The position numbers and the translations under genes are program-made. Of a stretch of DNA of 64,000 nucleotides, positions 13,068 to 26,171 are shown in pieces. The notes below the pieces were generated by a model. It did not search any database, was not told the DNA's origin, and saw nothing but the letters and a program-made list of their open reading frames with translations. Positions within the stretch are counted from its first letter, which is position 1; each line of letters starts with the position of its first letter. Where the stretch lies: the NCBI RefSeq assembly GCF_009914755.1, contig NC_060929.1. One strand, given 5' to 3'. This DNA is from the human T2T-CHM13v2.0 reference genome, Homo sapiens.

Positions 13068-14447
13068 CAAAACAACATGGTACTGGTTCAAAAAAAGTGC
13101 ATAGACCAATGGAACAGAACAGAGAGCCCAGAAGTAACGCCACACACCTATGACCATCTGATATTCGACAAAGCTGACAAAAACACGCAATGGGGAAAAG
13201 ACTCGCTATTCAATAAATGATGCTGGGATAACTGGCTAGCCATATGCAGAAGATTGAAGCTGGACCCCTTCCTTACACCACATACAAAAATCAACCCAAG
13301 ATGGATTAAAGATTTAAATGTAAAACTCAAAACTATAAAAATCCTGTAAGACAATCTAGGCAATACCATCCTGGACATAGGAAAGGGCAAGGATTTTATG
13401 ACAAAAACACCAAAACACAAAATTCAAAAATTGACAAATGGAATCTAGGTATACTTAAGAGCTTCTGCACAGCAAAAGAAACTATCAACAGAGCAAACAG
13501 ACAACCTACAGAATGGGAGAAAATATTTGCAAACTATGTACCCAACAGAGGTCTAATATCCAGCATCTATAAAAAACTTAAACAAATTTGCAAGAGAAAA
13601 ACAAACAACCCCATTAAAAAGTGGGCAAAGGACATGAACAGACGCTTTTCAAAAGAAGACATACATGCAGCCAACAAACATATGAAAAAAAGCTCAAGAT
13701 CACTGATCATTAGAGAAATGCAAATCAAAACCACAATGAGATCCCATCTCACACCAGTCAGCATGGCTATTATTAAAAAGTCAGGAAACAACAGGTGCTG
13801 GTGAGGTTGTGGAGAAAAGGGAACACTTATGCACTATTGGTGGAAATGTAAATTAGTTCAACCATTGGAATGCAGTATGGCGATTCCTCAAACAGCTAAA
13901 AGCCTGCCATTCAACCCAGCAATCCCATTACTGGGTATATACCTAGAGGAATATAAAGCATTCTACCATATAGACACATGCATGTGGCTGTTCATTGCGG
14001 CACTATTCACAATAGCAAAGACATAAAATCAACCTAAATGCCCATCAATAACAAATTAAATAAAGAAAATGTGGTACATATATATCATGGAATACTATGC
14101 AGCCATAAAAAAGAATAAGATCATATCTTTCACAGGAACATGGATGGAGCTGGATGTTATGATCCTTAGCAAACGAATGCAGGAACAGGAAACGAAATAC
14201 CACATGTTCTCACTTTTAAGTGGGACCTAAATGATAACTTATGAACACAAAGAAGGGAACAATAGACACTGGGGTCTACCTGAGGGTGGAGGGTGGGAGG
14301 AGTGAGAGAGGCAGAAAAGATAACTATTGGGTATTGGACTTAATATCTGGGTGATGAAATAATCTGTACAACAAACCCCTGTGACATGAGTTCACCTATG
14401 TAACAAACCTTCACAAGTATCCCCGAACCTAAAAGTTACTTTAAAAA
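13068..14447 (+). mobile_element. 5'-truncated L1 (L1PA13-like)
   Basis: ORF2 3' region plus 3'UTR (gggtgatgaaataatctgtacaacaaacccc); 16-bp TSD aagagtcaatggtata (13052-13067) / aagagtcaatagtata (14448-14463). Confidence 0.9.
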
Positions 14448-15167
14448 AAGAGTCAATAGTATAAATGTGCAATGTTCCATACTGTTTGTTGATAAATTTA
14501 AAGAATGAGGGTATTACTAATTCATTCCCTTTTTTAAAAATACAACAATTACTAAAAATGAACAGTATGATGGGCAATTTTTATTTTCCACTTAGTACAA
14601 ACATAGAATGTGAAATGAGGTGGGTGGCTGGCAAGATGGCCGAATAGGAAGAGCTCTGGTCAGCAGCTCCCAGCAAGATCAACGCAGAAGGCGGGTGACT
14701 TCTGCATTTTCAACTGAGGTATGCAGCTCATCTCACTGGGACTGGTTAGACAGTGGGTGCAGCCCACAGACGGCGAGCCAAAGCAGGGTGAGGCATTGCC
14801 TCACCCAGGAACTGCAAGGGGTCAGGGAACTCCCTCCCCTAGCCAAGGGAAGCCATGAGAGACTGACATGAGGGACGGTGCATTCTGGCCCAGATACTAT
14901 GCTTTTCCCATGGTCTTTGCAATCTGCAGACCAGAAGATTCCTTTGGCTGCCAACACCACCAGGGCCCTGGGTTTCAAGCACAAACCTGGGCAGCCGTTT
15001 GGGCAGACACCAAGCTAGCTGCAGGAGGTTTTTTTTTTTTCATATCCCAGTGGTGCCTGGAACACCAGTGAGAGAGAACTGTTCACTCCCCTGGAAAGGG
15101 GGCTAAAGCCAGGCAGCCAAGTGGTCTATAGCGGATCCCACTCCCATGGAGCCCAGCAAGCTAAGAT

Positions 15168-15257
15168 CTACTGACTTGAAATTGTTGCTCTGCCAGCACA
15201 GCAGTATGAAGTCGACCTGGGATGCTTGAGCTTGGTGGGGGGAGGGGTGTCTGCCAT
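15168..15257 (-). pseudogene. L1 ORF0 remnant (29 aa, MADTPPPTKLKHPRSTSYCCAGRATISSQ*)
   Basis: Antisense ATG in gtaATGg context at the ORF0 position; N-terminus resembles L1HS ORF0 (MAGAPPP...CCA); early stop. Confidence 0.55.
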
Positions 15258-15962
15258 TACTGAGGATTGAGTAGGCAGTTTTCCCCTCACAGTGTAAACA
15301 AAGCCTCTGGGAAGTTCCAACTGGATGGAGCCCAAGGCAGTACAGCAAAGCCACTGCAGCCAGACTGCCCTTCTGGATTCCTCCTCTCTGGGCAGGGCAT
15401 CTCTGAAAGAAAGGCAGCAGCCCCAGTCAGGGGCTTATACATCAAACTCACATCTCCCTGAGACAGAGGACCTGGGGGAAGTGGCAGCTGTGGGTGCAGC
15501 TTCAGCAGACTTAAACATTCCTGCCTGCCGGCTCTGAAGAGAGCAGCGGATCTCCCAGCACAACCCTTGAGCTCTGCTAAGAAACACACTGCCTCCTCAA
15601 GTGGGTCCCTGAACCCCATGCCTCCTGACTGGGAGACACCATTGGGCAGCAGGGTTGGACAGACACCTCATAAAGAAGAGCTCCAGCTGGGATCTGGCAG
15701 GTGCCCCTCTGGGACGAAGCTTCCAGAGGAAAGAACAGGCAGCAATCTTTGCTGTTCTGCAGCCTCTGCTGGTGATACTCAAGCAAACAGGATCTGGAAT
15801 AGACATCCAGCAAACTCCAGCAGACCTGTAGCAGAGAAGCCTGACTGTTAGAAGGAAAATTAACAAACAGAAAGGAATAGCATGAACATCAACAAAACGG
15901 ACAACCACACAAAAACTCCATCTGAAGGTCACCAAAATCCAAGACCAAAGGTAGATAAATCC

Positions 15963-16994
15963 ATGAAAATAAGGAAAAGACAGTGCAAAAAGGCTGAAAA
16001 TTCCAAAAAACAGAAAGCCACTTCTCCTCCAAAGGATCACAACTCCTCACCAGGAAGGGAACAAAACTGGACAGAGAATGAGTTTGAAAAATTGACAGAA
16101 GTAGACTTCAGAAGGTGGGTAATAACAAACTCCCCCGAGCTGAAGGAGCATCTTCTAACCCAATGCAAGGAAGCTAAGAACCTTGAAAAAAGGTAAGACG
16201 AATTGCTAACTAGAATAACCAGTTTAGAGAAGAACATAAATGATCTGATGGAGCTCAAAAACACAGCATGAGACCTTCGTGAAGCATACACAAGCATCAA
16301 AAGCCAAATCAATCAAGCAGAAGAAAGAATATCAGAGATTGAAGATCAACTTAATGAAAGAAAGCATGAAGACATGATTAGAGAAAAAAGAATGAAAAGG
16401 AATGAACAAAGCCTCCAAGAAATAGGGGACTATGTGAATAGACCAAACCTGCGTTTGATTGGTGTATCTGAAAGTGATGAGCAGAATGGAACCAAGTTAG
16501 AAAACACGTTTCAGGATATTATCCAGGAGAACTTGTCCAACCTAGCAAGACAGGCCAACATTCAAATTCAGGAAATACAGAGAACCTCACAAAGATATTC
16601 CTCGAGAAGAACAACCCCAAGACACACAATCATCAGATTCACCAAGGCTGAAATGAAAGAAACAATGTTAAGGGCAGCCAGACAGTAAGGTCGGGTCACC
16701 TATAAAGGGAAGCCCATCAGACAAACAGCAGATCTCTCTGCAGAAACCCTACAAGCCAGAAGAGAGTGGGGTCCAATATGCAATACTCTTAAAGAAAAGA
16801 ATTTTCAACCCAGAATTTCACATCCAGCCAAACTAAGCTTCATAAGCGAGGGAGAAATAAAATCCTTTACAGACAAGCAAATGCTGAGAGATTTTGTCAC
16901 CACCAGGCCGGCCTTACAAGAGCTCCTGAAGGAAGCACTAAACATGGTAAGGAAAAACCAATACCAGCCACTGCAAAAACATACCAAATTGTAA
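15963..16994 (+). pseudogene. L1 ORF1p, disrupted by stops
   Basis: Peptides EQNWTENEFEKLTEVDFRRWVITN and REKRMKRNEQSLQEIGDYVNRPNLRLIGV; in-frame stops at ~16196 and ~16688; native TAA at 16992-16994. Confidence 0.9.
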
Positions 16995-17057
16995 AGACCA
17001 CTGACACTATGAAGAAATTGCACGAACTAACAGGCAAAATAACCAGCTAGCATCATA

Positions 17058-20000
17058 ACGACAGGATCAAATTCACATATAATAACAAGGTTAACCTTAA
17101 ATGTAAATGGACTAAATGCCCCAATTAAAAGACACAGACTGGTAAATTGGATAGAGTCAAGACCCATTGGTGTGCTGTATTCAGGAGACCCATCTCATGT
17201 GAAAAGACACACACAGGCTCAAAATAGAGGGATGGAGGAATATTTACCAAGCAAATGGAAAGCAAAAAAAAAGCAGGGGTTACAATCCTAGTCTCTGATA
17301 AAACAGACTTTAAATCAACAAAGATCAAAAAAGACAAAGAAGGGCATTACATAATGGTAAAAGAGATCAATGCAACAAGAAGAGCTAACTATACTAAATA
17401 TATATGCACCCAATAAAGGAGCACCCAGATTCATAAAGCAAGTTCTTAGAGACCTACAAAGAGATGTACACTCCCACACAATAATAGCGGGGGACTTTAA
17501 CAATCCACTGTCAATATTAGACGGATCAACAAGACAGAAAATTAACAAGATATTCAGGACTTGAACTCAGCTCTGGATAAGTGGACCTAATAGACATCTA
17601 CACAACTCTCCAACCCAAATCAACGGAATATACCTTCTTCTCAGCACCACATTGCATTTATTCTAAAATTGACCACATAATTAGAACAACATTCCTCAGC
17701 AAATGCAAAAGAACAGAAAACATAACAAATGGTCTCTCAGACCATAGTGCAATCTAATTAGAACTCAGGATTAAGAAACTCACTCAAAACTGCACAACTA
17801 CATGGAAACTGAACAACCTGCTCCTGAATGACTACTGAGTAAATAACAAAATTAAGGTAGAAATAAATAAGTTCTTAGAAACCAATGAGAACAAAGAGAT
17901 AACATACCAAAGACTCTGGGACACAGCTAAAGCAGTGTTTAGAGGGAAATTTATAGCAGTAAATGGCCACAGGAGAAAGCAATAAAGGTCTGAAATCAAC
18001 AACTTAACATCACAATTAAAAGAACTAGAGAAGCAAGAGCAAAAAAATTCAAAAGCTATAGGAAGACAAGAAGTAACTAAGATCAGAGCAGAACTGAAGG
18101 AGATAGACACAAAAAAACCCTTCAAAAAATCAATGAATCCAAAAGCTGGATTTCTTAAATGATTAACAAAATAGATAGACTGCTAGCCAGACTAACAAAG
18201 GAGAAAAGAGAGAAGAATCAAATAAACACAATAAAAAATGATAAAGGCAATATCACCACTGATCCCACAGAAATACAGACTACCATCAGAATGCTATAAA
18301 TACCTCTATGCAAGTAACTAGAAAATCTAGAAGAAATGGGTAAATTGCTCGACACATACACCCTCCCAATATGAAGAAGTGGAATATTTGAATAGAACAA
18401 TAACAAGTTCTGAAATTGAGGCAGTAATTAACGGCCTACCAACCAACAAAAGCGCAGGACCAAAGAGATTCACAGACGAATTCTAGCAGAGGTACAAAGA
18501 GGATCTGGTACCATTCCTTCTGAGACTATTCCAAACAACAGAAAAAGAGGGACTCCTCTCTAACTCATTTTATGAGACCAGGGTCATCCTGATACCAAAA
18601 CCTGGCAGAGACATAACACAAAAAGGAAAATTTCAGGCCAACATCCCTGATGAACATCGATGCAAAAATCCTCAATAAAATACCAGCAAACCGAATCCAG
18701 CAGTACATCAAAAAGCTTATCTACCACAATCAAGTTGGTTTCATCCCTGGGATGCAAGGCTGGTTCAACATATGCAAATCAATAAACGTAATACATCACA
18801 TAAACAGATCTGATGACAAAAACCACATGATTATCTCAACAGATGCTGAAAAGGCCTTCGATAAAATTTAACACCCCTTCACGCTAAAAACTTTCAATAA
18901 ACTAGGTATTGATGGAACGTATCTCAAAATAATAAGAGCTATTTATAACAAACCCACAGCCAATATCATACTGAATGGGCAAAAGCTGGAAGCATTCCCT
19001 TGGAAAATCAGCACAAGAAAAGGATGACCTCTCTCACCACTCCCATTCAACACAGTACTGGAAGTTCTGGCCAGGGCAATCAGGCAAGAGAAAGAAATAA
19101 AGGGTATTCAAACAGGAAGAGAGGAAGTCAAATTGTCTCTGTTTGCAGATGACATGACTGTATATTTAGAAAACCTCATCATCTCAGCCCAAAATTCCCT
19201 TAAGCTGATAAGCAACTTCAGCAAAGTCTCAGGATACAAAATCAATGTGCAAAAATCACAAGCATTCTTACACATCAATAATAGACAGACAGAGCCAAAT
19301 CATGAGTGAACTCCCATTCACAATTGCTACTAAGAGAATAAAATACCTAGGAATACAACTGACAAGAAATGTGAAGGACCTCTTCAAGGAGAACTACAAA
19401 CCACTGCTCAAGGAAATAAGAGAGGACAGAAACAAATGGAAAAACATTCCATGCTCATGGATAGGAAGAATCAATGTCATGAAAATGGCTATAATGCCAA
19501 AAGTAGTTTATAGATTTAATGCTATCCCCATCAAGCTACCATTGACTTTCCTCACAGAATCAGAAAAAAACTACTTTAAACTTCATATGGAACCAAAAAA
19601 GAGCCTGTATAGCCAAGACAATCCTAAGCAAAAAGAACAAAGCTGGAGGCATCATGCTACCTGACTTCAAACTATACTACAAGGCTACAGTAACCAAAAC
19701 AGCATGGTACTGGTACCAAAACAGAGATATAGACCAATGGAACAGAACAGAGGGCTCAAAAATAATGCCACACATCTACAACCATCTGATCTTTGACAAA
19801 CCTGACAAAAACAAGCAATGGGGAAAGGACTCCCTATTTAATAAATGGTGTTGGGAAAACTGGCTAGCCATATGCAGAAAACTGAACCTGGACCCCTTCC
19901 TTACACCTTACACAAAAATTAACTCAACATGGATTAAAGACTTAAATGTAAGACCTAAAACCATAAAAACCCTAGAAGAAAACCTAGGCAATACCACTCA

Positions 20001-20921
20001 GGATATAGGCATGGGCAAAGACTTCACGACTAAAATACCAAAAGCAATGGCAACAAAAGCCAAACTAACAAACAGGATCTAATTAAACTGAAGAGCTTCT
20101 GCACAGCAAAAGAAACTATCATCAGAGTTAACAGGCAACCTACAGAATGGGAGAAAATTTTTGCAATCTATCTTTGCATCTGACAAAGGGCTAATATCCA
20201 GAATCTACAAAGAACTTAAACAAATTTACAAGAAAAAAACAAACAAGCCCATTAAAAAGTGGGCAAACGATATGAACAGACACTTCTCAAAAGAAGACAT
20301 TTATGCAGCCAACCAACCTATGAAAAAAAGCTCATCATCACTGGTCATTAGAGAAAAGCAAATCAGTGCTCACTTTGACAGCACATGTACTAAAAAAAGA
20401 GAAATACAAATCAAAACCACAATGAAATTATCATCTCACACCAGTTAGAATGGCAGTCATTAAAAAGTCAGCAAACAACAGATGCTGGAGAGGATGTGAA
20501 GAAATAGGAATGCTATTACACTGTTGGTAGAGTATAAATTAGTTCAACCATTGTGGAAGACAGTGTGGTGATTCCTCAAGGATCTAGAACTAGAAATACC
20601 ATTTGACCCAGCCATCCCATTACTGGGGATATACCCAAAGGATTATAAATCATTCTACTATAAAGACACATGCACACATATGTTTATCGCAGCACTATTC
20701 ACAATAGCAAAGACTTGGAACCAACCCAAATGCTCATCAACGATAGACTGGATAAAGAAAATGTGGCACATATACACCATGGAATACTATGCAGCCATAA
20801 AAAGGATGAGTTCATGTCCTTTGCAGGGACATGGATGAAGCTGGAAACCATCATTCTCAGCAAACTAACACGGGAACAGAAAACCAAACACTGAATGTTC
20901 TCACTCATAAGTGGGAATTGA
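17058..20921 (+). pseudogene. L1 ORF2p (endonuclease/RT), disrupted
   Basis: Start mutated to ACG (17058); fragments LTILNIYAPNKGAPRFIKQ (EN), [10 protein letters not shown]...[14 protein letters not shown] and ctgtttgcagatgac (FADD, RT), [19 protein letters not shown]; many stops and frameshifts. Confidence 0.9.
20366..20395 (+). pseudogene. 3'-truncated U6 snRNA retrocopy (U6 nt 1-30) inserted into L1 ORF2
   Basis: GTGCTCACTTTGACAGCACATGTACTAAAA matches U6 5' end GTGCTCGCTTCGGCAGCACATATACTAAAA at 26/30; flanked by 16-bp TSD agagaaaagcaaatca (20350-20365) / agagaaatacaaatca (20398-20413). Confidence 0.85.
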
Positions 20922-21929
20922 ACAATGAGAACACATGGACACATGGAGGGGAACATCATACAGCAGGGTTTCTCGGGGGTGGGGGGCTAGGGGAGGGATA
21001 GGATTAGGAGAAATATCTAATGTAGATGATGGGTTGATGGGTGCAGCAAACCACCATGGCACATGTATATCTATGTAACAAACCTGCACGTTCTGCACAT
21101 ATATCCCAGAACTTAAAGTATAGTTTTAAAAAATAGAATGTGAGTAATGAAGAAGAAAAATATACATTCATATATAGAATGTGTAGACTTCTTAAACTTC
21201 TTATGCTGACAAGCCTTGATTAGTGATGCTAAAGATTATTTCTCACATAATGCAAATGACAGTTGGTAAAGCTGCTGTTATTACTGCTGGAGAAAAAAGA
21301 AGGAAATAAATTTCCTGAAACAGCTCTGTTTTAAAGGTATGGGGCTCACCAAAATTACTGGCAATTGTACTGAGACTGAAAGGAGCCAAATGTCAACTCA
21401 TATATGCCAGAAGACAGATAAAGAAGTCAAGAAGTTTCAAATATAGTAGTAACCACCACTGTCTTAGTAACGCTTGGATTACAGACATAGTGAAAAATTT
21501 GGTAATCATCTTAATTGAAGCAGAAATTTGACCAAAAAATTAAAAATCTTCTCTTCCCCTCCCGCTGCCTTAATACTTTATTCACTAGAAAGTACCTGCA
21601 ACTCTCTTCATCTCTTTTCCTGGGGAGTCAAGGCCAAGGTGACCATAGGTAAATTATTTAATCATATGGTGCCTCATTTTTAATAAAATAAATTAATTCA
21701 TATAAAGGAAATATTGTGGATCCAGGTTTCCTTGTTCTCAATTCAAACCCATTATGATACTGTAGTAAAACTCTAACCACGTTTTTCACATGTAGGTCAG
21801 TTAATATAAAATATAAATAATAAATTGCTAGGTTGCAGAAAAAAAAGGAAACGCTATTTTCTGTAACTATTTTGTACAATAGTCACAACTTTTTACACTT
21901 AGCAAAAACAGGAGGTAACCTGTGTGATA

Positions 21930-22110
21930 AGTCTTAAGAGTTTCCAAAGTTTTTTCACATTAATTGACTCATTGTACCCTTACATCAGCTCTGTATCCCA
22001 TTTTACAAATTAAAAACTATGGCTCAAACATGTTGAATGGTTTGTCCAAAAATAAATCACAGAAGTCATAAAAGACAGACTCAAGCTCAGATTTTAATAT
22101 CATTATTTCT
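21930..22110 (-). mobile_element. MIR SINE
   Basis: tatcccattttacaaattaaaaactatggctcaaacatgttgaatggtttgtccaa. Confidence 0.6.
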
Positions 22111-22112
22111 AA

Positions 22113-22441
<329 letters not shown>

Positions 22442-23201
22442 ATTTGAAGGCTTTTATATATTCATTCTAGCCATGGCTCTTAAGTGGAGATTTCTGTACC
22501 AGTAATACGAATCTCTGGTTCCACCAAGGAACATCTGGTTCCTCTCCTTTAGGCCCTAGAGAGTTCCCACTTGCCAGCCCCATCAGCCTAGTCTTTGCCT
22601 CTCATTGGAGGCAGCAGCAGAAGGACCAATGGTAACAACCTTACTAGTAGTTGAGTGGCAAAGAGAAACAGATAAACAAGGGAATACAGTGCTAACTGCC
22701 CCCTCTTAAAATGGATTTGTGGCATATTTCATACCTCAAGGTCTTGATTTGCTTTTTAACATTTCATTCACTGAGAAAAATGACGGACATGCCTAATTTG
22801 ATAGCAAGGCACAAAGAGTTCTTCAGTCCTAGAAACAATATTTGCTCAAATCCATGATAGTTTGGAGCTGGAAGAAACCTTTTAAAGACTGGGTTATATC
22901 CTTCATTTACTATATAAGAAAACAGGTTAGAAAGACTCAGTGATTTGTCTAAGGTTACTTTTCTTAAGTTTAATTTTTTTTGAAAAAAAATAAAAAAGGA
23001 GTAAATGTTTTTCAAATTTGTCTTTGACAACTTTTACATGGGGAAAACAAATGAAGATCTGCCCAAACTTTTTAGATGTATTATTTTAAGAGCTGCCATT
23101 TTTTTGTTTTTCAACATCCTGGCTGGAAGTGAATAAATCAGGGAAAAGGAACTTGTCATTCTGTTTAATAAAAAACAAATACAGAAGAGAAGTCTGCTTA
23201 C

Positions 23202-23348
23202 CAAAATACATAATGTCCCATACTACAGCAGTATTCATGATATCAAGAAATTCAAGGAAAGGAAAATAATGGCAAATGATTGCCCAAACTTCCAGGAAGT
23301 TTTTTTCTTCCAGAGTTTACTGAAGAAAGTAGATAAAGACAAGATCAC
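23202..23348 (-). other. Candidate non-coding exon (alternative acceptor gives 23202-23319)
   Basis: Donor TTG|GTAAGC; acceptors cttacttcatag|G (23348) and tctttatctactttcttcag|T (23319); the 147-nt form has stops in all three frames. Confidence 0.4.
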
Positions 23349-24644
23349 CTATGAAGTAAGATATTCCCAGAAAATTCTGTTTGCAAGTAAAAAAAGTGTA
23401 TTTGACTGTTCTAAAACGAAGGAAGAAATCAGACTTTATGAAGCACATTGGAAAGTCCCATCCTTCCCACCTATGCGTATCCTCATTAGTACAGATGAAA
23501 TAACGAAAGCCGAGGTCTCACTGGTTATGATCCAAACTGCATGGTCTGGTTTCCACTAGGAAGTAAACTAAATTTCCTAATAAAATGTTTTTCTTTTCCC
23601 GTTGAACTGGGTGATTTCCTTGTAAATGATCAATACCATCTCAAAGAAGTATATTTACAGTTAAAGTGGCTAATGACTCATACTTTGTTTTTGAGAATGG
23701 TTCCTTTACCATCTTTTCATTGTCTCTCAACTTTCTATCATCTACTTTAAGAATTTCCAGTGCCTCACATCTTTATTAACAAAGTATTACAATCCAGGAA
23801 TGAAAAGACATCAAAACTGACCAAGATCGAAGTTATAACTCCGTAGTAGCATACAAACAGGAAAGAGAAAACAAACTAGTAAGGCAGACTAACACAATAA
23901 CCAATGAACTGAAACAGTTCTTCAAGCCAAGCTCTAATGTCAGAGAAGGTAAACCTAAAATTCACTTTATTTATTTCTATTCCTGGAATGAATTCCTACT
24001 CTAAGCAAGAATAACAGCAGCAATAAATCTAAAGTAAGACAAGAAATTTTAAGGAAGCCTACCTCTCTACCTTTTTTCTTCATAAGTGTGTGTTTTCTTC
24101 AACACACACAGTTAAATATCATAACATATACTTATAGATAAGCTCACTAATCAAAATATCTTACTAGACTGTTTAAAGACTACCTCTGGTGGCTTAGGTG
24201 GAACAGAGATACATTGCCTCCTCAAAAAGCCTACAATTGTCCCAAGTTTTTCTGCCAATATTTTTAATGTTCTTCGTTATTTTAACATACTTACTGTTTT
24301 ATAAAACATACTTTGCAACTAATTTTGCAAGAATTTATCACAATTCAAATTTTGGACTTCTGTCCCTAGGAAAAAAAAAGTTCTAAATTTCTTAAAATAT
24401 ATATTATTTTGTTGCTTCTTTTGTACACTTAGTTTTTATAAAATTCCTTGCATTTTTATAACTTTCAGACACCAAGACAGAGAGAGAGAGAGAAAGAGAG
24501 GGAGGGGATTGTGCAATAGAATCCTGCCTCAGCCAACTCTCAGTAGTCTGTTGGCAGAAGGCCTGTGTGTGAACTATTTCCAAGACCTCGGTCTGAAAGG
24601 CAGCCAAAGGCTTCACAAAAGAACAGGCCCAAAATGGCTTATTA

Positions 24645-24795
24645 CCTTTCACCTTTGACCTGTGGCCCAGCTACCTCATAGTTTACGAATTTGAAGTCTT
24701 ATGAGAGAATTCTTTGCCAACCTGTTTACAAACAGCTGACTTATTCCACAGGAACGGTTTGGCAGGACATATCCAGGTCACCTGACCTTGGGTTG
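24645..24795. promoter_or_regulatory. Candidate enhancer (DR1, forkhead, NFI half-site, E-box, NR inverted repeat/NR5A site)
   Basis: AGGTCAaAGGTGA (minus strand, 24649-24661); TGCCAA (24715); TGTTTAC (24723); CAGCTG (24733); AGGTCAccTGACCT (24775-24788) overlapping CCAAGGTCA (minus). Confidence 0.4.
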
Positions 24796-25699
24796 TCACA
24801 GAAACCATGAGCCTCAGATTCGTGGTTAAGTGAAAACTGCAACATTTTGGCTGAAATCAGTATTGGATTATGCAGCCATCATCAATCATTTAATTACTTT
24901 TATGTGTTCATGTCACCAAATTATTAATACAGAAAATGTGAAAGCAATCATACTAGAACCACAAATGGTATAAGTCATGGCTTCCACAGAAAAGAGAAAA
25001 AGCATAAATTTTTAAACTGAATATTACAAGTTAATCTCAACTATTACACTGTCCTAGATCCTGCTAAATTTATCAGTACACAACAAAAATCACACGATCT
25101 TTTAGTTATTCATGTGTTTTCAAAACTCTAGTGTTTGTCTTAGTCAGACGTTACCTTACATTAGGCTTTTACCTGAAAAAATTACTTGATTAAATCCATT
25201 ATCTCCAGCATGTTTGAACTAATCCCTCAAGGCTGATGCTTTGATCATTTTGGTGATTCCTTTAAAATAATTAATTCTCACAAATTATTAATGAGTACAA
25301 ATGTGGCCAGATTTTTTTTTAAACTGGGAAAATTGATTTTAAGAATGAATAAATTAGTGAGTGATCACATTTCAAAGGGTCATTTATTATTCAATGGATT
25401 TATTTTCACGAGTTATTTTCTGAATTTCCTAGCCGCACTCAAAACATAATTAAACTTACAAAAATGCTGTATGCACACAATTTATCAGGAATATCTACTC
25501 TCTGAAATAAGTACAGCACAAATGAGTTTTCTTAAGTCAAGAAAACTGTATCATTGTATTTACATATATATTCACCACTAAGGAAAATTAAATTAATTGC
25601 CTGGATACTTCACAGCAGGGCAGCCACTAGATAAATGGTAAATAATGGATTTTAATTTAGGAAAAGAGTTCTCTTTTTTAATCTAAGAATGATGATGAT

Positions 25700-25910
25700 G
25701 ATAGGTAACATTTATTGAATGTACTGGGCACTACTGCAAGCACTTTACATCGATTAGCTGATTTAATCTTCAAACCACTCTATGAGATAGATATTACTAT
25801 CATTTTCATTTTACAGAAGAGGAAGGTAAGGCTTAAAGAGGTTAGGATATATCTCTAGTAAGAGAAAGGCTTAAAATTTGGCCTTAAGCAATGTCGTTTA
25901 ACTTTACTGC
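25700..25910 (-). mobile_element. MIR SINE
   Basis: aacatttattgaatgtactgggcact...ttcattttacagaagaggaaggtaaggcttaaagaggtta. Confidence 0.75.
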
Positions 25911-25930
25911 CTCTCAAAACATAGCCTCTA

Positions 25931-26171
25931 GGCCAGGCGCAGTGGCTCACACCTGTAGTCCTAGCACTTTGGGAGGCCGAGGCAGGCAGATCACATGAGG
26001 CCAGTTCAAGTCCAGCCTGGCCAACATAGTGAAACTGTCTGAAATCCCAGCTACTTGGGAGGCTGAGGCACGAGAATCCCTTGAACCCAGGAGGCGGAGC
26101 TGTAGTGAGCCGACATTGTGCCACTGAACTCCAGCCTGGGGAACGAGCGAGTGTCACAACAACAACAAAAT
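25931..26171 (+). mobile_element. AluS with ~50-nt central deletion and (CAA)n tail
   Basis: Junction gaaactgtctg|aaatcccagc lacks the A-linker; TSD aacatagcctcta (25918-25930) / aacatagccttta (26172-26184). Confidence 0.9.

Larger units (their letters stand above)
14614..21132 (+). mobile_element. Full-length (~6.5 kb) inactive L1, L1PA7-like
   Basis: 5'UTR with YY1 site caagatggcc (14632-14641), ORF1, ORF2, G-rich 3'UTR and short A tail; TSD atagaatgtga at 14603-14613 and 21133-21143. Confidence 0.95.

Noticed and set aside
14614-21132. Retrotransposition-competent L1
   Set aside because: ORF1 and ORF2 have many stops and frameshifts, the ORF2 start is ACG, and ORF2 carries a U6 insertion.
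23269-23750. Plus-strand 96-aa and 69-aa ORFs in unique sequence
   Set aside because: No recognisable homology, promoter or supporting splice structure; lengths are within chance.
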